DNA of 64,000 nt from an uncultured Methylomirabilota bacterium. GTDB taxonomy: Bacteria; Methylomirabilota; Methylomirabilia; Methylomirabilales; 2-02-FULL-66-22. The translations under genes and the position numbers were made by a program. The notes beneath the pieces are model-generated. The model was not told the origin of the DNA, ran no database searches, and was given only the letters and a program-made list of their open reading frames with translations. Below are positions 30,914-40,542 of the stretch, piece after piece. The stretch spans positions 448,001 to 512,000 of the forward strand of contig CAWJSJ010000005.1 of NCBI GenBank assembly GCA_963845565.1, given 5' to 3'. Position 1 is the stretch's first letter. Every line of letters starts with the position of its first letter.

Positions 30914-32419
30914 CTACGCGGGCGACGCGTCGCCCGCATTTCTCCGGCGCAGGGCCGAGATGATGGGTGGGGCCAGGACGATCAAGAGTCCGGCGATAAG
31001 AAGGGCCGCGCAGATCGGCCGCGTCACGAACACCCCCAAGTTACCCCGACTGATCATCATGCTTTCACGGAAACTCCGCTCCATCATCGGACCGAGAACC
31101 AGGGCCAGGACCAATGGCGCCGAGTCGTACTTCAGCTTCCGCAGGACATAACCCAGGACGCCGAAGCCGATCATGAGCCAGACGTCCAACAGGGCGTTGT
31201 TGATGGAGTAGACACCCACCAGGCAGAGGAGGAGTACGAAAGGCATCAGGATGTAGAGTGGGGTCTTGATGATGTTGGCAAAGACGCCGACCAGGGGCAG
31301 ATTGAATACCAGCAACATGAAGTTCCCGATATACATGCTGGCAATCACGCCCCAGAAGAGGTCGGGCCTGTCGCTGATGAGGGTCGGACCCGGACTGATC
31401 CCGTGGATGAGTAGGACCGCCATGATGACCGCCATGGCTGGAGTGAAGGGAATACCCAGCGCCATGAGAGGCACGAACGCGCCGCCCACGGCGGCGTTGT
31501 TGGCGGCCTCGGGGCCGGCCACGCCAGCGATGGCGCCCTTGCCGAACTCCCCGGTCTTGTCCAGCCGGCGTTCGGCCGAGTAGGAGACCATGGTGGCGAT
31601 GACGGGAGAGGGGCCGGGGATGAGGCCCGTGAAGAAGCCGATGAACGAGCCGCGAATCATCGGCCAGAAAGACCGCCGCCATTCCTCCAGCGTGGGCCAC
31701 AACTCCCAGAACCGGACCTGCTGCAACGAGACGTTTTCCTCGGGCTGCTCCGCGGTCATCAGGACCTCGGAGATGCCGAAGAGCCCCATGGCGACAGGCA
31801 GGAAATCGATCCCCTGCGCCAGCATCGGCTGCTTGAAGGTGTATCGCATGTACCCGGCCACCGTCTCCATCCCGACCGTCCCCAGGGCCAGGCCGATTCC
31901 CATCATCATCAAGGCTTTGAGCAGGTTCCCCCCGGTGAGCCGCGACATGATCATGAGACCCACCAACGCCACGGTGAAGTATTCCGGGGGACCGAACCTC
32001 AGCGCCGCCATGGCCAGGCTTGGCGCCATGAAGCTCAGCGCCAGAATGCTGATCGAGCCCGCGACGAAGGAGCCGACCGCGGAGACGGCCAGCGCCGCCC
32101 CGCCCCGGCCCCGCTTCGCCATCTGGTACCCCTCGAGGACTGTGACCACCGAGGCCGCCTCACCCGGGATATTCAACAGGATCGACGTGGTCGAGCCGCC
32201 ATACATGGCGCCGAAATAGATCCCGGCGAACATGATCATGCCTGCCGTGGCATCGAAACCGTAGGTCAGGGAGAGGAGGAGGGCCATCGTCCCGAGCGGG
32301 CCGAGGCCCGGCAAGATACCGATGATGGTGCCGATGACCGCCCCGAGAAATCCGAAGAGCAGGTTCATCGGGGAGACGGCGACCGAAAAGCCGTGCAGCA
32401 GTCCGCTGAAGGCATCCAT
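30914..32419 (-). CDS. tctA: Tripartite tricarboxylate transporter large permease
   Basis: GILPGLG, YGGSTTSILLNIPG, FGPPEYF and PEAANNA motifs. Confidence 0.95.
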   Translation of the reverse strand: MDAFSGLLHGFSVAVSPMNLLFGFLGAVIGTIIGILPGLGPLGTMALLLSLTYGFDATAGMIMFAGIYFGAMYGGSTTSILLNIPGEAASVVTVLEGYQMAKRGRGGAALAVSAVGSFVAGSISILALSFMAPSLAMAALRFGPPEYFTVALVGLMIMSRLTGGNLLKALMMMGIGLALGTVGMETVAGYMRYTFKQPMLAQGIDFLPVAMGLFGISEVLMTAEQPEENVSLQQVRFWELWPTLEEWRRSFWPMIRGSFIGFFTGLIPGPSPVIATMVSYSAERRLDKTGEFGKGAIAGVAGPEAANNAAVGGAFVPLMALGIPFTPAMAVIMAVLLIHGISPGPTLISDRPDLFWGVIASMYIGNFMLLVFNLPLVGVFANIIKTPLYILMPFVLLLCLVGVYSINNALLDVWLMIGFGVLGYVLRKLKYDSAPLVLALVLGPMMERSFRESMMISRGNLGVFVTRPICAALLIAGLLIVLAPPIISALRRRNAGDASPA

Positions 32420-32439
32420 AGTGAGTGTCGCCTCTTCCG

Positions 32440-32610
32440 GCACGATACTAAAAACTCGTTTTTGCCAAGGCTGCTCAAAAAGGTCCAGATACAAGGCGGC
32501 GCGCCGGGTACCCATCCGCAGGATGGGTGCTGGTGCGAGGCGTACTATGCGCGTACGTCGCAGCGCCGCGCGAGCGCACCAACGCCGTAGATGGGCCTTT
32601 TTCAGCAGCC
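32440..32610. mobile_element. MITE-like structured repeat, family B copy 2
   Basis: Same TIRs (32469-32610) and core as copy 1, plus an extra hairpin CCCATCC-GCA-GGATGGG. Confidence 0.8.
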
Positions 32611-32612
32611 TT

Positions 32613-33089
32613 TTAGTCCAAGAGGTCGCCGACGACCCCGAGGGGCAGCGGCACCTTCAGCCAGGTGATGAACGTCAGGTACGACACGACCGTCAGCCCC
32701 ACCGCCAACAGAATGATGATGGTCCACCTCCGGTAGCCGAACACGCGAATTGCAGCCAAGAGAAAGAGGCAAATGGCGATCGGGAATCCCAGCGGTGTGA
32801 GCAGAAAGACGTAGCCCAGGAGCAGCGCGAGCAGCGCGACGGTCTTCCCGACCATGGCGCGGGGCGGAGCCTCCGCCAACGGCTCGATCGGCCGGGCGGA
32901 ACGAGGCGCCACCACGGCCTGGATCAGGCAGCCGAGCGCGGTCGCGATGAGGAACATCCCCACAAACTTGGGGTAATAGCCGGGGCCCGGAAACTTCAGG
33001 CTGCCTTGCGGCATCCACAATGCCATGGCTACATACCCGATTGCCATCAGCAGGACGAAGCCGGAAAAAGCCAGGTCGGTCGATCTCAC
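32613..33089 (-). CDS. tctB: Tripartite tricarboxylate transporter small permease
   Basis: PGPGYYP and C-terminal FITWLKVPLPLG motifs; GTG start with RBS GGGGAG. Confidence 0.9.
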   Translation of the reverse strand: MRSTDLAFSGFVLLMAIGYVAMALWMPQGSLKFPGPGYYPKFVGMFLIATALGCLIQAVVAPRSARPIEPLAEAPPRAMVGKTVALLALLLGYVFLLTPLGFPIAICLFLLAAIRVFGYRRWTIIILLAVGLTVVSYLTFITWLKVPLPLGVVGDLLD

Positions 33090-33156
33090 GGGTTCTCCCC
33101 AGGAACACGCAACCCGGGACCGCACGAGTACGGCCCCGGGTTGGGCGTTCTGCGCC

Positions 33157-34128
33157 CTACTTGCCCAAGGCGCTCTTTCCGTACTTCTCCCAGAGCGGCC
33201 GATACACGTTCTCCAGCGTCTTGATGTACGCCGCATACTCCTCGGGATTCAGATAATCGGACGGGAAGGCCGTCTTCTCGGCGTTCGACTTGAACTCGGC
33301 GCTGTCCATGACCTGCTTCACGGCGCCGGCGAAAACGGCCACGATGTCCTTCGGCGTGCCCTTGGGCATGGAGAAGCCGCGGGCGGAGCCGCTGGTGAAG
33401 TCGTAACCCAACTCCTTGAAGGTGGGCACATCCGGCAGGAACGGCGTCCGCTTGTCCGCCATGAGGGCCAGGGCGCGTAGCTTCCCGGCCTTCACCTGGG
33501 AGTAGATGATGCTCAGGTTGTTGGCCGAGGCATCCGTGTGCCCCGCCAGCGCCGCCTGCCACGAGGGGCCGTCGCCGGAGAACGGGACGATGTTCGTCTC
33601 GACCTTGGCTGCGGCGTTCAGCATCAGCATGGCGAACCAATCGTCGCCGGGGGCCGAGGAGGCGCCAACCGTCAGCTTTCCGGGCTGCTCCTTGGCCGCC
33701 TTGAGAAAATCGGCCAAGGTCTTCAAGGGGCCGTCGGCGCGCACCACCAGGATGCCCGGGTCGGTCACCACGTTGGCGACGGGAATGAGATCCGACATCT
33801 TCCATTGGGTCTCTCGAACGATAGGATTGATGGGGACCTGTGGTGTCGTGGTAATCCCGATGGTGTAGCCGTCGGGCTTGGATTGGGCCAACTCGGTGAA
33901 GGCGATGTCGGCGCCCGAACCAGGCTTGTAGACTGGCACGAGCGTGGTCTTCAGGTTCCTTTCCAGGAGCGGCCGGACCATGGAGAGCATGACGTCGCTG
34001 CCCCCGCCAGGGGCGAATCCGATCAAGACGTTGATCGGCTTCCGGGGATATTCGGCGGCCTGCGCGAGGCCGGCCAGGGCCACAGTGAATGTGAGGGCCA
34101 GTATCAGGATCCGTGTGTGCCTACGCAT
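33157..34128 (-). CDS. tctC: Tripartite tricarboxylate transporter substrate-binding protein (Bug/TctC)
   Basis: YPRKPI..FAPGGGSD, KPDGYT and PDVPTFKELG motifs; signal peptide. Confidence 0.95.
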   Translation of the reverse strand: MRRHTRILILALTFTVALAGLAQAAEYPRKPINVLIGFAPGGGSDVMLSMVRPLLERNLKTTLVPVYKPGSGADIAFTELAQSKPDGYTIGITTTPQVPINPIVRETQWKMSDLIPVANVVTDPGILVVRADGPLKTLADFLKAAKEQPGKLTVGASSAPGDDWFAMLMLNAAAKVETNIVPFSGDGPSWQAALAGHTDASANNLSIIYSQVKAGKLRALALMADKRTPFLPDVPTFKELGYDFTSGSARGFSMPKGTPKDIVAVFAGAVKQVMDSAEFKSNAEKTAFPSDYLNPEEYAAYIKTLENVYRPLWEKYGKSALGK

Positions 34129-34242
34129 GTCTGTTTCCTCCTTGTGGAAAAACGACACCCCCCGACAGTGTGAGGCAACTCGACTTCTCGCACTGACCGA
34201 GCCCGGACCGGACAAGTACGATCCGGCTGGAGTCGGCTGCGA

Positions 34243-35337
34243 TCAAGGTCGAAGCGCGACCCGGATGCAGTCGGGTCGGCCCTCCATGAAAAACCGCATG
34301 CCCTCTTCCCCCCGCTCCAGCGGAAGGACGTGGGTGATCATCTTCTCGATGGCAAAGGCGCAGCCATTCACGATCCGGGCGGCGTCCTCGCAGTTCCAGG
34401 CTTGCCCCAGGCCGCCTCGCACGGTGATCTCGCGCAGGATCCAACGGTCGGTGGCCATGCCGACCGTCTTGCCGCCCCCCATGGAGCCGACCAGGACGCA
34501 GCGCCCCAGCGGCCGCAAGAGGTCGGGCGCCAGCGCGATGGACGACGGGGCGCCCGTACACTCCACGACGAGGTCGGCCATCTCCCCACCGGTCACGTCT
34601 CGCACCGCGTCACCAGGTTTTGCCTCCTCGACACAGAAGGTGTGGGTGGCGCCGAATTCCTTCGCGAGGTCCAGCTTCAGCCGATCGCGCGCCAGGCCGA
34701 AAACGATGATCCGATGCGCACCGGCCTGGCGGGCGGCGATCACGGTAGCCAGGCCCTGGGCGCCCGGTCCCAGGATGGCCACCGTCTCGCCGAACTGCAG
34801 TTCGCCTCGGGTTTTCACCCAGCGGATGCCGTTGCCGATCACGGAGAGCAGGGCCGCGGACTCGGCGGGGACATCGGCGCCGATCTTGTGGACCTTGGAC
34901 CCTTCGGTTACAAACATGTACTCGGCGTTCCCGCCCCAGAGGTGCGGCGGATGCGCGCAGGACTTGCTGAAACCGTAGGTGTGGCGGGTGGTGCAGAGCT
35001 GGTAGTTCCCGCTGCCGCAATACCGGCAGCGGCCGCAGGCGATGTAGGGCTCCACGACCACCCGATCGCCTGGGCGAACGCCGTGGAGCTTGCCTGCCTC
35101 CTCCCCGACGTCCTCCAGGTGGCCCACCATCTCGTGGCCCAGGATGAACGGGAACGGCATGCCGCCCCATTCCACGGCCCACATGGCGGTCCCCTGGTAT
35201 TTTTTCGGATCGCTGCCGCAGATACTGACCAGTTCGACCTTGAGCAGCATCTCGCGGGGTCCGATGGCGGGAATGGGATACTCGCGCATCTCCATGCGCT
35301 CGGGGCCGGTTACGACGAGACAGCGAGACAGTCGCAT
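34243..35337 (-). CDS. Zinc-dependent medium-chain dehydrogenase
   Basis: ICGSD, GHE, CGRCRYC...C and GPGAQG motifs. Confidence 0.93.
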   Translation of the reverse strand: MRLSRCLVVTGPERMEMREYPIPAIGPREMLLKVELVSICGSDPKKYQGTAMWAVEWGGMPFPFILGHEMVGHLEDVGEEAGKLHGVRPGDRVVVEPYIACGRCRYCGSGNYQLCTTRHTYGFSKSCAHPPHLWGGNAEYMFVTEGSKVHKIGADVPAESAALLSVIGNGIRWVKTRGELQFGETVAILGPGAQGLATVIAARQAGAHRIIVFGLARDRLKLDLAKEFGATHTFCVEEAKPGDAVRDVTGGEMADLVVECTGAPSSIALAPDLLRPLGRCVLVGSMGGGKTVGMATDRWILREITVRGGLGQAWNCEDAARIVNGCAFAIEKMITHVLPLERGEEGMRFFMEGRPDCIRVALRP

Positions 35338-35364
35338 GCGAGGGTGACTCCTGTACCGTTGCGA

Positions 35365-35404
35365 TTCAGCCTCAGACTCGGACTCAGACCCAGACTCTAC
35401 TCGG
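35365..35404. repeat. Degenerate hexamer tandem repeat (CTCAGA)
   Basis: TTCAGC CTCAGA CTCGGA CTCAGA CCCAGA CTCTAC TCGG. Confidence 0.7.
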
Positions 35405-35497
35405 GGTCAACGAGCGGCACAACGCACGATGCGCGGATATTACCAAAGCCTGACAAAGCCGCCAGGGCAGACCCACGGTCAGGGGGTGGGTTCTGGT

Positions 35498-36274
35498 CTA
35501 CCCGAGGAGAAACCCGCCGCTCACGTCGATGGTCACACCGGTGACGTACGCGGAGAGTGACGAGGCCAAGAAAAGGATGACGCCGGCCTGATCGTCGGGC
35601 GTGGCCAGCCGCCCGAGCGGCACCCGCGCCGCCAACTCCCGTTCCCGCTCGGGGTGCATCTGGGCGCGAATGCGCTCGGTGAGCGTCGCTCCCGGGGCGA
35701 TGGCATTTACCCGGATCCCGCGCGGGCCCAACTCCCGCGCCAAATGGCGCGTGAGGCCGATGACCGCGGCTTTGCCGGCGGTGTAATGCGCACCTTGGAG
35801 TTGGCTGGTGCTGACGCCCGCCAGCGAGGCAACATTGACGATCCGGCCGCCGTCCGGCATGTGACGCGCGGCTTCCCGGGCGCAGAGAAAGCAGCTCGTG
35901 ACGTTGAAGTCGAGCATCCGAGTCCACTCGGCCGCCGAGATCGTTTCCAGCGCGGCAGGTTTCCCGCCGCCCACGGCATTGACCAGAATGTCCACGCGAC
36001 TATGCCGCTCCGCCACGCTGGCAAAGAGCGCCGCCACCGCGGTCTCGTCGCAGACGTCGGCGGGCGCAGCTTCCGCCCGGCAACCGAGTCGAACCATCTC
36101 CTCAACCACGGGGGCGAGCGCTTCGGCGTCACGATCCACGGCGATGACCGTGGCGCCCCAGCGCGCCAGTAATAGTGCGGTGGCGCGGCCAATGCCCCGC
36201 CCCGCGGCCGTGACAACGGCAATCTTGCCGCGCAAGCCGAGATCCGCGACGGGGTCTGGCGGGGCGAGTGACAT
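35498..36274 (-). CDS. Short-chain dehydrogenase/reductase
   Basis: TAAGRGIG, DILVN, YTAGK, VNAIAPG and PLGR motifs. Confidence 0.93.
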   Translation of the reverse strand: MSLAPPDPVADLGLRGKIAVVTAAGRGIGRATALLLARWGATVIAVDRDAEALAPVVEEMVRLGCRAEAAPADVCDETAVAALFASVAERHSRVDILVNAVGGGKPAALETISAAEWTRMLDFNVTSCFLCAREAARHMPDGGRIVNVASLAGVSTSQLQGAHYTAGKAAVIGLTRHLARELGPRGIRVNAIAPGATLTERIRAQMHPERERELAARVPLGRLATPDDQAGVILFLASSLSAYVTGVTIDVSGGFLLG

Positions 36275-36317
36275 GCGCTCCTCGTGTGGCCGATCAACTG
36301 CGGCCGAAGTGCGGCTA

Positions 36318-36346
36318 GTGATAGTCCAGCCCGCGTCGCGAGTCAA
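36318..36346 (-). promoter_or_regulatory. Sigma70-type promoter upstream of the SDR gene
   Basis: TTGACT-17 bp-TATCAC on the minus strand. Confidence 0.5.
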
Positions 36347-36439
36347 GCGAGAAGGTTCGTCAACAATTCCCCCCGGGGCTTTCCCGGAGCTTTTGTACGG
36401 AGTGCCACGACGTCGGCTTCACGGCACCGTAAGGACGCC

Positions 36440-37597
36440 TCAGAAGGTCGGTCCCACCCGATAGATCGAGAACTCGGTGTGGCCGAGGAGTTCCGCCTTG
36501 GTGAGCTTGCCGCCGGCCACGGCGAGGATCTCGTCGAAGATCCGTTGCCCCGCCTGCTCGATCGCGAGCGTGCCCTCGATCACGCCGGAGAGGTCCAGGT
36601 CGATGTTGTCGGCCATGCGATCGGCGGTGTGCCTGTTGGCGGTCACCTTGATCACCGGCATGATCGGGTTGCCGGTGGGCGTCCCGCGGCCGGTGGTGAA
36701 GACCATCACCTGGGCGCCCCCCGCCGCGAGGCCCGCCATCGACTCCACGTCCATCCCCGGTGTGTCCATGACGTACAACCCCACGCCGGGCGGGGCCTCG
36801 GCGTAGCCCAGAACCCCCTGGATCGGGGCGGAGCCGGCCTTGTGGATGCACCCGAGCGACTTCTCCTCGATGGTGCTGATGCCCCCTGCGAGGTTTCCGG
36901 GCGTCGGCTGGCTGCCCCGCAGATCCTCCCCCATCCGGAGTGCCCGCTCCTCGCAGGCCCGCACGATCGCAATCAATTGTTGGCCCACTGCCTCGTTCAC
37001 GGCGCGGCGGGCCAGGACGTGTTCGGCACCGATGCTCTCCGTCGTTTCCGAGAGGATGCACGTGCCGCCAAGGGCTATCAGGCTGTCCGAGGCCGCGCCC
37101 AGAGCGGGATTGGCCGCGAGACCCGAGGTGGCATCCGACCCGCCGCACTCGAGACCGAGGATGAGGGAGGCCATCGGGACCTCCTCGCGCGTTTGTGCGG
37201 CGAGTTGCTCTGCCATGGCGCGAGCGAGGGCGATCCCCTGGGCGGTGGCCTTGACCGAGCCACCCTCCTCCTGGATGACGATGCCGCGGCACGGCTTACC
37301 GATCTCCTCGACGGATTGGAGCATGGTGAGCGGCTCGAGCCCCTCGCAACCCAGACCCACCACCAGCACGGCGCCGACGTTCGGGTTGGCCGCCGTGTTC
37401 CGCAGGGTGCGGAAGGTGAGTTGCCAGTCCTCGCCGACCTGGCAGCAGCCATAAGCATGGCAGGCCGCCACGCACCCCCGGACCCCGCGCGCGATCTCGG
37501 CCGCTACCTGTGCAGCGCAGATGCTGGTCGGCAGAATCAGCACATGATTCCGGATACCCACCCTGCTGTCGGAGCGTCGATATCCCTTGAAGACCAT
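36440..37597 (-). CDS. UxaA/GarD/SuyB family dehydratase large subunit without a SAF domain
   Basis: GYRRSDSRVGIRNH, LGCE, ECGGSD..SG..ANP, GNLAGGISTIEEKSLG and FTTGRG motifs. Confidence 0.92.
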   Translation of the reverse strand: MVFKGYRRSDSRVGIRNHVLILPTSICAAQVAAEIARGVRGCVAACHAYGCCQVGEDWQLTFRTLRNTAANPNVGAVLVVGLGCEGLEPLTMLQSVEEIGKPCRGIVIQEEGGSVKATAQGIALARAMAEQLAAQTREEVPMASLILGLECGGSDATSGLAANPALGAASDSLIALGGTCILSETTESIGAEHVLARRAVNEAVGQQLIAIVRACEERALRMGEDLRGSQPTPGNLAGGISTIEEKSLGCIHKAGSAPIQGVLGYAEAPPGVGLYVMDTPGMDVESMAGLAAGGAQVMVFTTGRGTPTGNPIMPVIKVTANRHTADRMADNIDLDLSGVIEGTLAIEQAGQRIFDEILAVAGGKLTKAELLGHTEFSIYRVGPTF

Positions 37598-37669
37598 CGG
37601 TCCCCCTTGTGCCCGCTGTCCGGGCGCCCACGGTGCCAACGCGCCGGACGCGTCCCCGGCGCGCCAGTG

Positions 37670-37698
37670 AGACTACTCAAGGCCAACCAACGTGTCAA
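37670..37698 (-). promoter_or_regulatory. Sigma70-type promoter of the UxaA-family gene
   Basis: TTGACA-17 bp-TAGTCT on the minus strand. Confidence 0.65.
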
Positions 37699-37801
37699 CA
37701 ACCGCTGAGCCGGCGCCATCCGGTTCCGGTCCGCCTCCCGCCCATTTCCTCTTGATGGGACCGGCTTGCTCGGCGATACTTTCATCCACAATCATCCGGG
37801 G

Positions 37802-38851
37802 ATGTCGATGACAAAACGCAGGCTCGGTTCACACACTACTTCCGACCGCCTCCACCGGACGCGTCGGCGGCTCTTGCTCCTGGCCGCCATGGCGGGTACG
37901 GCGGCCTGCCTGCCGCAACGGGCGTGGGCGCAGGCTTCCGAGATGTCGAAGTTTGATCGGACGATACGCTCCCTGAAGATCTGGTGGAACACCTTCACGC
38001 GGGAGCCGGATGAGGGGGACATCGAGGCGACGAATTCGGGGAAGTTCGTCTCCGCGGCGCGACCCGATCCTCGAGCCTGGCCGAGTGGCGGGATCTCCGT
38101 CGCCTGGATCGGGCACTCGACCTTCCTCATCAACCTTGAGGGTACCACCATCCTGACGGACCCCGTGTTCAGCGACAAGGTCGGGGTGGACCTCCTCCTG
38201 ACGACGGTCGGCCCGGGCCGGTTCGTGCCGCCGGCCTTGCGCGCCCAGGATCTCCCCCGACTGGATCTGCTCCTGGTGTCGCACGCCCACATGGATCACT
38301 ACGACATCCCTTCGTTGAAGAGCCTCCCGCGGGATGTGCCCACGATCATGGCCCGGGATACCAGTGAGTTCGTGGACGGGCTGGGATTCAGCCAACTGCA
38401 GGAACTCGATTGGGGCCAAACCGCGGAGGTGGCCGGCGTCCGCATCGAGGCGGTTCCCGTCCGGCATTGGGGACGCAGATACCCCTGGGACCGGGACCGG
38501 GGCTACAATGGGTTGCTGCTCACCAAGCACAAGCGCAGTGTCCTCTTCGCCGGGGACACCGCGTATTCGGGAGAGTTGGTGTCAGCTCTGAAGGGGCGAC
38601 GGCCGGACGTGACCATCCTGCCGATCGGCGGATACAATCCATACATCGCCAGCCACGCCAGCCCGGAGCAGGCGTGGGACATGTTCCACGAGATGGGTGC
38701 GCGCTATCTGATACCCATGCACTGGCGTACGTTCCGGCTATCCCACGAGCGGCCGTTCGAGCCGTACGAACGACTCGCGGGTGCCGGGAATGGCGCCGCG
38801 TCGCGCATAGCGCTTCACACCGTCGGCGAAACCTGGCGTCTTCCGGGTTAG
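37802..38851 (+). CDS. Metallo-beta-lactamase fold hydrolase (RomA/NAPE-PLD-like) with a probable Tat signal
   Basis: TRRRLL...AWA signal; WIGHST, LTDPVFS, SHAHMDHYD, FAGDTAY and IPMHW motifs. Confidence 0.9.
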   Translation: MSMTKRRLGSHTTSDRLHRTRRRLLLLAAMAGTAACLPQRAWAQASEMSKFDRTIRSLKIWWNTFTREPDEGDIEATNSGKFVSAARPDPRAWPSGGISVAWIGHSTFLINLEGTTILTDPVFSDKVGVDLLLTTVGPGRFVPPALRAQDLPRLDLLLVSHAHMDHYDIPSLKSLPRDVPTIMARDTSEFVDGLGFSQLQELDWGQTAEVAGVRIEAVPVRHWGRRYPWDRDRGYNGLLLTKHKRSVLFAGDTAYSGELVSALKGRRPDVTILPIGGYNPYIASHASPEQAWDMFHEMGARYLIPMHWRTFRLSHERPFEPYERLAGAGNGAASRIALHTVGETWRLPG

Positions 38852-38953
38852 GAGCCGTTACGAAATAACCTATACATCTCTTTCTATTTCGTTACGGCTC
38901 CTTATGCCGTTTCGGAATGTCTCCGTTCAACTTATTCTTTGACAACGGCTTAG
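38849..38953 (+). mobile_element. MITE/REP-like element, family A copy 1
   Basis: TAG-GAGCCGTTACGAAAT-N19-ATTTCGTTACGGCTCCTTATGCCGT...TTTGACAACGGCT-TAG. Confidence 0.85.
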
Positions 38954-39000
38954 CCAGGTTCTTCCGCATGCCGGAAGCGCGGAATGCTTTGCGGTTTCCC

Positions 39001-39030
39001 TTGACACCGCGAACCGGTCCTGACTATCTT
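39001..39030 (+). promoter_or_regulatory. Sigma70-type promoter of the sugar ABC operon
   Basis: TTGACA-18 bp-TATCTT. Confidence 0.6.
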
Positions 39031-39114
39031 CTCGGCACCTGGTGGACACCACCCGCCGCGGCACTGGCTCTCCTCCGACTCGTCACCCACGCGGGTGAGC
39101 CGCCGCGTGTAAAT

Positions 39115-39126
39115 TGAAACGTTTCA
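39115..39126. promoter_or_regulatory. LacI-family operator-like palindrome
   Basis: Perfect TGAAACGTTTCA in the leader of a carbohydrate ABC operon. Confidence 0.7.
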
Positions 39127-39274
39127 CGTCCTGAGACCGTTCGCGGTGGCGGCGATCGGGAGCGTGCGAGGCGGCGGACAGCGCGCCCGGGTTCCGCGGT
39201 ACATCGGTCTCATATACCCGGCCGCCGAGGGGCCCCGACGCGGCCGAACACGCGAGAACACACAGGAGGACGCG

Positions 39275-40519
39275 ATGCGAAGGCGATGCGCAGTGCTGGT
39301 GGCCATCCTGGTCCTCTGCCTGGCCAACGGGGCCGCGGCGGGGGTCAAGATCAACGCTTGGACCGGCCTCAGCGGAGACGACAAGGGGCGGTTCGAGGAG
39401 ATGATCAAGGCCTTCAATGCCTCCCAGGGCGACGTGGAGGTCCTTCCCTCGTTCTATCAGTGGGACCTCATGCACAGCAAGCTGGTCGCGTCCGTGCAGA
39501 CGGGCGGCGCACCGGAGATGCTGCTCATGTGGGTGACAGTGGTCCCGGAAATGGCGGGCATGGGGGCGCTGCAACCCATGGATGAATTGCTCGGCGAGGC
39601 CGGTATCAAGGCCGACGACTTCGTGCCGCGCGCCTGGAACCTGGGGGTGGTCGGCGGGAAGCGGTACGGCATCCCGATGGATACCCACATCCTGGGGTTG
39701 TACTACAACACCGAGTTGTTCGAGAAGGCGGGTCTGGATCCGAACAAGCCGCCGGTGACCCAGGATGAGTTTCTCGCCGCCGCCAAGAAACTGACGACGG
39801 GCCCCAACCAGTGGGGCGTGGCCATCCCATCCTCCACGGCCTGGCCGGTACGCTACTGGATGGCGTTCCTCCAGCAGCAGGGGGGAAAGATGTTCACGGA
39901 TGACTTGAAGAAGGCCGCCTTCAACGACGCCAAAGGCAAGGCCGCCTTCCAATTCATGTCCGATCTAGTGCACGTCCACAAGGTCGCGCCGCCGGTCATG
40001 ACCGACATCAACAAGGCCTTCCTGACCAAGCAGGCGGGCATGATCCTGATCGGTCCGTGGCTCATCAACAGCGCCATGCGTCAAGAGGGGCTGAAGTTCA
40101 AGACGGCCCCGATGCCGAGAATCTTCGGCCAGTTTGCGGCCTGGGGGATGAGTCACCAGCTCGTGCTGGGGAAGCAGCCGGATCGGGCCAAGCAACTGGC
40201 GGCCATGAAGTTCATGCGGTACATGAGCGAGAATAGCCTGACCTGGGTGAAGGGCGGGCAGGCCCCGGCGCGCCGCTCAATCCTGAACTCCGCCGAGTTC
40301 AAGAACATGCCGCTCTGGAACGCCTTCACGCCGGGCATCCAGCCCGAATCGGGCTGGGTGCTCAACCCGCCGATCCAGCAGCAGACCAAGATCTTCACGC
40401 ACGACCCGGCCAGCCCGATGGTGGCGGCGTGGGAGTCCATCGTCCAGAAAAAGAAGACGGTGGATCAGGCCCTCGCGGACGCCGAGAAAGGCGTGAACGC
40501 GATCCTGGCCGGGCAATAG
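39275..40519 (+). CDS. Carbohydrate ABC transporter substrate-binding protein (CUT1)
   Basis: Signal peptide; YGIP, LYYNTELFEKAGLDP and IGPW motifs; RBS AGGAGG. Confidence 0.92.
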   Translation: MRRRCAVLVAILVLCLANGAAAGVKINAWTGLSGDDKGRFEEMIKAFNASQGDVEVLPSFYQWDLMHSKLVASVQTGGAPEMLLMWVTVVPEMAGMGALQPMDELLGEAGIKADDFVPRAWNLGVVGGKRYGIPMDTHILGLYYNTELFEKAGLDPNKPPVTQDEFLAAAKKLTTGPNQWGVAIPSSTAWPVRYWMAFLQQQGGKMFTDDLKKAAFNDAKGKAAFQFMSDLVHVHKVAPPVMTDINKAFLTKQAGMILIGPWLINSAMRQEGLKFKTAPMPRIFGQFAAWGMSHQLVLGKQPDRAKQLAAMKFMRYMSENSLTWVKGGQAPARRSILNSAEFKNMPLWNAFTPGIQPESGWVLNPPIQQQTKIFTHDPASPMVAAWESIVQKKKTVDQALADAEKGVNAILAGQ

Positions 40520-40542
40520 GGCGGATCCGCGGCCGGCAGGTG

